A stretch of DNA of 64,000 nucleotides from Macrostomum hystrix (lineage: Eukaryota; Animalia; Platyhelminthes). Location of the stretch: contig CATNEN010000005.1 of assembly GCA_950097015.1 (NCBI GenBank), forward strand, positions 558,001 to 622,000, written 5' to 3'. Shown in pieces: positions 35,825 to 44,456 of the stretch (positions within the stretch are counted from its first letter, which is position 1; each line of letters opens with the position of its first letter). The translations under genes and the position numbers were made by a program. The notes beneath the pieces were generated by a model. That model did not search any database. It was not told the origin of the DNA and saw nothing but the letters and a program-made list of their open reading frames with translations.

Positions 35825-37130
35825 ATTCCCATAGCAACCTGTCATAATCTGCAATAATTCCCATAGCAACCTGTCACAATCTGCAATAATTCCCATAGCA
35901 ACCTGTCACAATCTGCAATAATTCCCATAGCAACCTGTCACAATCTGCAATAATTCCCATAGCAACCTGTCACAATCTGCAATAATTCCCATAGCAACCT
36001 GTCACAATCTGCAATAATTCCCATAGCAACCTGTCACAATCTGCAATAATTCCCATAGCAACCTGTCACAATCTGCAATAACTCCCATAGCAACCTGTCA
36101 CAATCTGCAATAATTCCCATAGCAACCTGTCACAATCTGCAATAATTCCCATAGCAACCTGTCACAATCTGCAATAACTCGCATAGCAACCTGTCACAAT
36201 CTGCAATAACTCCCAAAGCAACCTGTCACAATCTGCAATAATTCCCATAGCAACCTGTCACAATCTGCAATAATTCCCATAGCAACCTGTCACAATCTGC
36301 AATAATTCCCATAGCAACCTGTCACAATCTGCAATAATTCCCATAGCAACCTGTCACTATCTGCAATAATTCCCATAGCAACCTGTCACAATCTGCAATA
36401 ATTCCCATAGCAACCTGTCACAATCTGCAATAATTCCCATAGCAACCTGTCACAATCTGCAATAATTCCCATAGCAACCTGTCACAATCTGCAATAACTC
36501 CCATAGCAACCTGTCACAATCTGCAATAATTCCCATAGCAACCTGTCACAATCTGCAATAATTCCCATAGCAACCTGTCACAATCTGCAATAACTCCCAT
36601 AGCAACCGGTCACAATCTCCAATAATTCCCATAGCAACCTGTCACAATCTGCAATAATTCCCATAGCAACCTGTCACAACCTGCAATAACTCGCATAGCA
36701 ACCTGTCACAATCTGCAATAACTCCCATAGCAACCTGTCACAATCTCCAATAATTCCCATAGCAACCTGTCACAATCTGCAATAATTCCCATAGCAACCT
36801 GTCACAACCTGCAATAACTCGCATAGCAACCTGTCACAATCTGCAATAACTCCCATAGCAACCTGTCACAATCTGCAATAATTCCCATAGCAACCTGTCA
36901 CAATCTGCAATAATTCCCATAGCAACCTGTCACAATCTGCAATAATTCCCATAGCAACCTGTCACAATCTGCAATAATTCCCATAGCAACCTGTCACAAT
37001 CTGCAATAATTCCCATAGCAACCTGTCACAATCTGCAATAACTCCCATAGCAACCTGTCACAATCTGCAATAATTCCCATAGCAACCTGTCACAATCTGC
37101 AATAATTCCCATAGCAACCTGTCACAATCA
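35825..37130. repeat. 32-bp minisatellite, ~41 highly homogeneous copies
   Basis: TTCCCATAGCAACCTGTCACAATCTGCAATAA. Confidence 0.97.
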
Positions 37131-37674
37131 CAATCTACAAGGATTTACATAGCAAAATAAGTAAAAATCTACTCAAAACAAATTACAAAGAACTAACAAA
37201 TATAGCAAGCGTGGTAGGATATCATTAAGCGACAATATCTCTTGAACGGATGTAACAAACTTAGAAAACTGACTTCTATTTATTTAGCTGTGAATATTAC
37301 ACAATGAGATGGCATCGTTAGAACGAGCACAAATCATAAAACAGTTACAATGCTCACATTCTTTACACGTTGCTTGATTTCTAAAAATACGAGCTATGAT
37401 CGCAGAGAGGCTAATTTATAATAAAGCAATCATGATAAGGAATAGCATAATTATGCACAAAATAATTAGGCTTGAAACAATGCTTGGGCGTTTAAAGCTG
37501 ACTATCAAACAGAAATAGATAAATAATGACACAAAGGACTCAAATGGTATAGAACGTGTAGAAGAAAATTATTCATTTTAAGCAAAACCTAACAGACTAT
37601 TATTTGGCTAAGTATTACAAAATGTTGTAATACAATATCGTATTGTATTTTTACTAAACCCCGGTGCTAAACGG

Positions 37675-38265
37675 AGTCAGTGATGGTAGCTTCAGGTTCT
37701 ACTAGTCAGTGACGGTAGCTTCAGGTTCTACAAGTCAGTGATGGTAGCTTCATGGTCTACTAGTCAGTGATGGTAGCTTCAGGGTCTACTAGTCAGTGAT
37801 GGTAGCTTCAGGGTCTACAAGTCAGTGATGGTAGCTTCAGGGTCTACTAGTCAGTGATGGTAGCTTCAGGGTCTACTAGTCAGTGATGGTAGCTTCAGGG
37901 TCTACTAGTCAGTGATGGTAGCTTCAGGGTCTACTAGTCAGTGATGGTAGCTTCAGGGTCTACTAGTCAGTGATGGTAGCTTCAGGGTCTACTAGTCAGT
38001 GATGGTAGCTTCAGGGTCTACTAGTCAGTGATGGTAGCTTCAGGTTCTACTAGTCAGTAATGGTAGCTTCAGGGTCTACAAGTCAGTGATGGTAGCTTCA
38101 GGGTCTACAAGTCAGTGATGGTAGCTTCAGGGTCTACTAGTCAGTGATGGTAGCTTCAGGGTCTACTAGTCAGTGATGGTAGCTTCAGGGTCTACTAGTC
38201 AGTGATGGTAGCTTCAGGGTCTACTAGTCAGTGACGGTAGCTTCAGGGTCTACTAGTCAGTGACG
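37675..38265. repeat. 29-bp minisatellite, ~20 copies, abutting the RCE1 stop
   Basis: TAGTCAGTGATGGTAGCTTCAGGGTCTAC. Confidence 0.95.
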
Positions 38266-38288
38266 AAACATGCTGACTTCTGTCTGAT

Positions 38289-39188
38289 CTACCAGAAGCA
38301 GTCGCATTGCGCCGAGAACATTCCTGGCTCAGTCAGAGGGCCCAGCAACAGCATCCAAGCAACTAAGCCGGCAACAAAAGTGCAGCCAAGTCCAATTAGT
38401 TTAAATCCGCGCAATTTTAATAAGGCCGGAAAGTCGGGAAATCCCATTAGATTGCAGAAGGAATGCGCGGCGCATACCGCAGCAAGATGTCCTGTGCGCA
38501 GGTACAGATAAGCTGAGTAAGCTCCGAATATATAAGTGTAAGAAAACTGCAGACTTGACTGTAGCAAGCTAGACATCAACGGGTAGCCTCGCTGAAGCCT
38601 ACTAATTAGATGATGAAAATGTGCCAATCCAAAGAATAGCGGCGAAATGAATGTAGCCTGTAGGCAGGTTAAATGTACGCATAGTACCGGCAGCATTAGG
38701 GCACGAAAGCACAATTCTTCCGTCACCGGAGCTAATAGAAGGGTCCGACAACAGCGCAGGCTAAGCAACGGCTCTCTATCAAAAAATCCATCGCCGGTCT
38801 CCCATGCTAGGAGAATTGGGCCCAGAAATAGAATGCCAGTTAGAAGCAGAGAAGCGCCAATAGCGTGCAACAGGCCAGACCAACGTAGGCCAATGAGCTG
38901 CAACACGTCCGGCCAGCTAGCAGCGGACGCTTTCATTAGAAAATAACGATAGCATAATAATACACTGAAGCTAACAGCCGATACACCAAGAAATCGACGC
39001 CTAATCACTGTTGGATTGTCGCGATCGACACCGTAGCTTGACGAATATTGTTTGACATTGGTTTTGCCAACACCGGCGCCCAGCTCCCATAGGTAGAGGC
39101 TGAGTACAAAGCCGGCAGCGATGAGTAAGGCGAACAGGCCGGCTACCCAGGCGGGCAGGGGCTGAAGAGGATCTGGGACTGGTAGGCA
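38289..39188 (-). CDS. RCE1: CAAX prenyl protease 2, single exon starting at a splice acceptor
   Basis: FVLSLYLW...DRDNPTVIRRRF, LLAPVTEELCFRA, FFGLAHFHH, QFSYTYIFGAYSAYLYLRTGHL, HSFCNLMGFP. The frame is open from TTTTCAG|39188 with no ATG before TM1. Confidence 0.94.
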   Translation of the reverse strand, partial: CLPVPDPLQPLPAWVAGLFALLIAAGFVLSLYLWELGAGVGKTNVKQYSSSYGVDRDNPTVIRRRFLGVSAVSFSVLLCYRYFLMKASAASWPDVLQLIGLRWSGLLHAIGASLLLTGILFLGPILLAWETGDGFFDREPLLSLRCCRTLLLAPVTEELCFRALMLPVLCVHLTCLQATFISPLFFGLAHFHHLISRLQRGYPLMSSLLQSSLQFSYTYIFGAYSAYLYLRTGHLAAVCAAHSFCNLMGFPDFPALLKLRGFKLIGLGCTFVAGLVAWMLLLGPLTEPGMFSAQCDCFW

Positions 39189-39425
39189 CTGAAAATAATA
39201 GGGAAAATAATTTGTTTGACGCGCCTGACGATGACAAAGTTGGGCAAAGTAATCCCTAAAGTAATCATGAGAAGAATGATCACAATTTAGCTTATAGCTA
39301 GGATAAGAGCTAGCATTTCTTACAAGAGAAGTCGGGAGTTAGAATATCAGTCTAAATGGAAACAATCAAAGTTATAAAAAAATGCACTGTTACTATAGAC
39401 GCAGTTTATCATTTAAGTATCACAA

Positions 39426-39844
39426 CCCTGTAAAAAATTCGGCTGCTTCTTCGGCGGGTTTTTGTGCAAAATAGGAGTGGAATCTACCCAAATCCCCCCT
39501 ATCTCGCAAGAGTTAAAGAAACCACCCAGGAAGCAGCCGATGTAACCGTAAATTGTGCGGAAACCGCCGAAGAATCACCCGAACCAGTGGCCCATGGGAC
39601 AACCAGAGAATTATTTACTGGCGATTCCTCGGCGGTTTCTGAGCATGGAATCTTCCGAACTGGAGGATTCTTTGGGTGATTCCATTTCGCCACCAAGAAG
39701 CACCGAGAAAACGCCCAGTTGGGTAGATTCTAAGCATGGAATCATCGGATTGGTATGTTTCCACCGTTCGGCTGTTTCTTTTTCTGGAAACACCGCAGAT
39801 TCCAACTGGAATCACCCAAAGAAACATCCCTATTTTTTAGCGGG
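39426..39844. mobile_element. 419-bp EnSpm/CACTA-like MITE
   Basis: AA|CCCTGTAAAAAAT ... ATTTTTTAGCGGG|AA; imperfect TIR, 2-bp TSD. Confidence 0.65.
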
Positions 39845-40534
39845 AATGGTAATAATGGTAATAATAAAGAATGATAATATGACCAGCAACTATGTTTCTT
39901 CAAAGATCAAATGAAACAATTGTTTTCATTATATTTTAAATCAATTCTATGAAATTCAATTCGTATAAATCAATGATAGAAATCTATAGTTGTTATATAT
40001 ACGAGTATATATTGTACGCATACAATATAACACTCAAGCTACGGAGTAGGTGCACGAACGATAACATTAACAAAAAATAATTAGAAGCAAAACAAAAGTC
40101 TAGAGGCACATCAAGCAGTTTTTTGACACATGGCATCTCTAAAACAAAATGTTAAGAATATATACGAGAAATAATATATATATATATATAATAATAATAT
40201 ATATATGTATTGACCAACGACATTGTCAGCAAGCCTGGAATTAAAACAAAAAATGCAATCCACATTTAAAACGATTCTTTTAGTTTTTTACTGACACGCT
40301 TATTGTTTGATATTTTATAAGTAAAGTTCAAATGGACTACTATTAAGTAGTTGTAAGTAGCAAGTTTAGCATCCCACATACTAAACTAGCGACGCAGAGG
40401 GATCTCTCAAACATCTCTTAAACGGGTAAATATTTTCTAAAGTCTGCTGTCATTGTATCTAATTCTGTCGATATAAAACCAACTCCCTGGGGCAAATATC
40501 TCCCCTAGTTTGAAAAGTGACTAAGACAACCTCT

Positions 40535-42238
40535 TTAAGAGTACAAAAGCTGCTTAGCAGTCAAGGCACAATAGACTCGTCGACTAAGCTGAGTAGGCAG
40601 GCCAGAATAAACTCGCTGCCTTATTTCTTTCGGTGAATAACGATTGCTGAAGTGCACAAATACTAACTGATTTATCGATCCAAATAGTTTCCAATGCTTA
40701 GCAAATTGGTCTAGATGACAGTGCCCATATTTGTCAGCCCGTTCGATTGCACCATCTAGAAATGTTAGCTCGGAGATGAGCAGGCGAACTTTTAATAAAT
40801 CTGGCACATCGCCTGACATAAACACGTCGAATTTCGTGTCTCCTGTGTAGGCTAGCAACGGCTCCGATTTGGGCTCACCGTGAATAGGTAGGCCTTGAGC
40901 CTCACGAGTGTGCAATTCTAGCCGACTAAGATTGCGACACTCTGGCAATAGGTTAAAACTTTTTCGACGCAGAATACAGCCCAGACTAGGGACGCGATGC
41001 TCTGTGCCAAATATTTCCAGTGTTAAATCAGACAGATTGTCGCCGATTGGGAAACTATCGCCTGACTGTACGCCGATGATTTTGTTAGGAGCTGAAATAG
41101 CAGCCGAATAATCTTCGTCATCTTGCATGCGCGCAAATATTTCCAGAGTGGCTTTGATTGGTTCAACTAAGCATTCTGGCATGTAGTAAGTAGCTGGCGG
41201 CAGACGCAACAGCTGACGCTTTCTAATGTGCATATGCAAAGCGCCGCAGTGATCCACGTGACCGTGACTGATGAATACAACATCAGAGTCGACGGCCTGA
41301 GGTGGACAGGCGCCAAGGTCTAATACAAGATGAAATCCACAACCGTGTACAACTATGCAAGTTTCATTACCAGAAATGGACCAATCGAATAGCGAGAATT
41401 CGTCGAAACGATGCCACAATCTTTCGGAGTTGGGATAGCGTGCAATAACTGCCGATTTTTTTTGCTCTTGGGTCTCCTGATGGGACCCCTGTTGCTGTTG
41501 GATTTCCTGATTCCATGACTGTTGTTGATTTTGGACATCCTGATTGAAAGAATGTTGCTGCTGGGTACCCTGATGCCACGCCTGTTGCTGCTGGGTACCC
41601 TGATGCCACACCTGTTGCTTCTGGGTACCCTGATGCCACGCCTGTTGCTGCTGGGTACCCTGATGCCACGCCTGTTGCTGCTGGGTACCCTGATGCCACG
41701 CCTGTTGCTGCTGGGTACCCTGATGCCACGCCTGCTGCTGCTGGGTACCCTGATGCCACGCCTGCTGCTGCTGGGTACCCTGATGCCACGCCTGCTGCTG
41801 CTGGGTACCCTGATGCCACGCCTGTTGCTGCTGGGTACCCTGATGCCACGCCTGCTGCTGCTGGATACCCTGATGCCACACCTGTTGCTGCTGGGTACCC
41901 TGATGCCACGCCTGTTGCTGTCGATTGCGTCTTTGATGACGCTTTTGTTGTTGCTGAGCTAGTTCGTCTGGTTGCCACTGTTGGTTCTTGGGCACTCTGT
42001 ACTGTGCATGATGCTGAATTTGAGCTGACTCCGGCTTGTACTGTTGCTGCTCGTGTGTCCCATTTATTTTATTACGGTCCCGTGGCGGAGTAGGATGACT
42101 CAATTGAGGCTGATTGCGCTCTGGATGGGTTGGCGCGCTGTTGCTAAGCACTTCTTTGTGCGTATTTATTGTGATATCAACTAGAGTAGAAAGTGCCTCT
42201 GGCGCGTCGAGAGGCACGTTGCCTTCAGCTGATTGTTC
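40535..42238 (-). CDS. TM-type tRNase Z paralog A with N-terminal Q-rich (QQQQAWHQGT)n extension
   Basis: FDWSISGNETC, LDLGACP, SHGHVDH, TEHRVPS, YTGDT, SELTFLD, YGHCH, HFSNRY. The frame is open from CTTCCAG|42238 with an in-frame TGA just upstream; the first ATG lies after the HxHxDH motif. Confidence 0.88.
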   Translation of the reverse strand, partial: EQSAEGNVPLDAPEALSTLVDITINTHKEVLSNSAPTHPERNQPQLSHPTPPRDRNKINGTHEQQQYKPESAQIQHHAQYRVPKNQQWQPDELAQQQQKRHQRRNRQQQAWHQGTQQQQVWHQGIQQQQAWHQGTQQQQAWHQGTQQQQAWHQGTQQQQAWHQGTQQQQAWHQGTQQQQAWHQGTQQQQAWHQGTQQQQAWHQGTQKQQVWHQGTQQQQAWHQGTQQQHSFNQDVQNQQQSWNQEIQQQQGSHQETQEQKKSAVIARYPNSERLWHRFDEFSLFDWSISGNETCIVVHGCGFHLVLDLGACPPQAVDSDVVFISHGHVDHCGALHMHIRKRQLLRLPPATYYMPECLVEPIKATLEIFARMQDDEDYSAAISAPNKIIGVQSGDSFPIGDNLSDLTLEIFGTEHRVPSLGCILRRKSFNLLPECRNLSRLELHTREAQGLPIHGEPKSEPLLAYTGDTKFDVFMSGDVPDLLKVRLLISELTFLDGAIERADKYGHCHLDQFAKHWKLFGSINQLVFVHFSNRYSPKEIRQRVYSGLPTQLSRRVYCALTAKQLLYS

Positions 42239-42299
42239 CTGGAAGAAGCAACGAAATATTTTTTTAATTCATAAAAAAAAGCTTGGGATTTTAATCTTG

Positions 42300-42520
42300 G
42301 GCTTGTAGCCTAGCAATTAGAGCGTTGGACTTGCGATTGAAAGTCGGGGGTTCGATTCTCGATTTCGCTGGAACTAAATGTGTCATTTATAAAGACAATT
42401 AACTATTCGTCGCTTCAGTTCAACCAGCCATCAGATACGCTTCGCAATAGGTGCGGCTGTACTGGCCGCATCCGATAATTTTCCCATAAGAGCTAGTGTA
42501 TTTCATACACCCCTGTACAC
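42300..42520 (+). mobile_element. tRNA-derived SINE-like element (pseudo-tRNA head)
   Basis: A-box-like TAGCCTAGCAATTAG and B box GGTTCGATTC, but the stems do not close; 36 bp (42479-42514) are identical to 18759-18794. Confidence 0.55.
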
Positions 42521-42850
42521 AGCCTCTGTATGTTCCACGCAATAGCTTTGACACTGTCTGTAAATCTCGTCTGTTGGAGCTAAAATCTCCCACAACGGCT
42601 ACGAATTTCAGAAAAAAATTGACAGTAAAGTGATCAGATCACAATGGAATGTATTAAAAAAATGCCCAAATACACGGTTGAACATTTATTTTATGGAAAC
42701 ATAATGACCAAACGATAACAATAACAAAAACCCTGCACTTGAAACTAATTTTCAAACTTACTTACTAGAAGTAGAAAACATGCGAATTAGGACTATATTT
42801 TATGCTAATTAATCTACATAATATATATACTCGTAGTAATTGAAGTTATA

Positions 42851-43129
42851 TTATTTTCCTTGACCCACCGCGCCAGTAAGCACAGCCTGATGCTCTTGAA
42901 AGCGCATAGAGATACGCTGTGTAGTGTTCATGTACTTGGCTACACAATTAGCCACACAATTCTTCTCTGTATCGGTAACCGAGCGGCGATCAAATTTATT
43001 GACGCAATCGGTGAAGCAGCGCTGATGCGATCTGTTGAATGAGGTGAAAATTTCGCGTATCTGAGCCCGATTCAGTTCCTGCTCCATTAGAGAGATGGCG
43101 CCTGATGATTGTAACGGACTTGTCGACAT
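42851..43129 (-). CDS. TIMM9: Mitochondrial intermembrane-space small Tim chaperone Tim9
   Basis: Twin CX3C (CFTDC, CVANC) and KYMNTTQRISMRFQEH. Confidence 0.93.
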   Translation of the reverse strand: MSTSPLQSSGAISLMEQELNRAQIREIFTSFNRSHQRCFTDCVNKFDRRSVTDTEKNCVANCVAKYMNTTQRISMRFQEHQAVLTGAVGQGK

Positions 43130-43254
43130 TATCGCCTTTTTGTTTGTTGCTGTTGATGTTTATCTAGCTGCGAATTTCAAAAGAAAGGATTTGTTACACT
43201 GAGACACTGAAAAGCTAGATTTTGAAGTTCCAAACAGGCAATGTACTTTACCAG

Positions 43255-43600
43255 TGTTGTAAACCCCATGTGTTCTCTAAACTACCAGCGTTCTAAGCAC
43301 TTTGGGTTCCCTAAACTACCAGTGCGGTAAGCCCCCTGGGTTCCCTAATCTACCAGTGTGGTAAGCCCCCTGGGTTCCCTAATCTACCAGTGTGGTAAGC
43401 CCCTTGGGTTCCCTAATCTACCAGTGTGGTAAGCCCCCTGGGTTCCCTAATCTACCAGTGTGGTAAGCTATTGGGTTCCCTAATCTACCAGTGTTCTAAA
43501 CCCTCTTGGGTTCCCTAATCTACCAGTGTTCTAAACCCTCTTGGGTTCCCTAATCTACCAGTGTTCTAAACCCTTAGAGTTCCTCAATCTGCTACTTTCC
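43255..43600. repeat. 34-bp minisatellite
   Basis: CTACCAGTGTGGTAAGCCCCCTGGGTTCCCTAAT. Confidence 0.88.
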
Positions 43601-44456
43601 TGAACCCCTTGGACTCCTAAATACATTCGTTTCTACAAATTCTGAGATAAAAATATTTTTATAATAAACTTTTTCTGTAACTAGGAAAAATTGGTTTTTG
43701 TTAAATTAAGCTCCACAGCATGTATCTGTTCTATTAAATATAGCCTGAATCATGTACAGTTAGTAAACAGTATTTTTTGTAAAAATCGTAGAACAAAAAT
43801 ATCATTTCACAAAAATTAAAGCACTAGAACATTGGACGACTACTATAGTAGGTTCAATTGTAGATTAAAGTGTCAAAAAATATTGTCATATCTAACAAAA
43901 TTTTCTAAGAAAATCATTAAACTCCAGGAAAATCAGGCAAATGTGTTCGATTGCAACTGGTCCTAATTTTTACGTTCATAAAATCATTCTAAAAACGCAA
44001 TAGTTATCATATTTTAAAGCATTTTTGGCATTTTCTGACAACTACGATTAAAGCAATAAGTTTCGGCAATAGTTACAGTATATTAGATTACTGTACGAGT
44101 AATTATCGTTATGTCCGTCTGTCCACTGTTATGTTATGGCGGAAAAGTTGGGTGTACGGTAGTAGGTAGTCTACTGGCAGACTAGTATGGTGTAGGGTAG
44201 TAGGTAGTCTACTGGCAGACTAGTATGGTGTAGGGTAGTAGGTAGTCTACTGGCAGTCAAGTACGGTGAAGGGTTGTAGCTAGTCTACTGGCGTAGCTAG
44301 GGTACTAAAGACAGTCCTCTACAGTCAAGAAGAGGACAAGTCGGTTTCTAAAATCACTGGTGCATTATAGTATGAAAAAATTTCAATTAAAGCACCTAAA
44401 GTCACATTGAAAAACTATTTTAACCATGTATCAGTCACACTGTGAATTTAGAATGA

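Noticed and set aside
35825-37130. Regular 32-bp repeats resembling a CRISPR array
   Set aside because: Head-to-tail with no unique spacers, no cas genes, eukaryotic context; same for the 29-bp and 58-bp arrays
41367-41978. Alternative-frame ORFs (GVASGYPAA)n and (LLLLGTLMPR)n
   Set aside because: Other frames of the 30-bp repeat within the tRNase Z A coding region
42300-42372. Possible tRNA gene
   Set aside because: A/B boxes are present but the acceptor and T stems do not pair; treated as a SINE head
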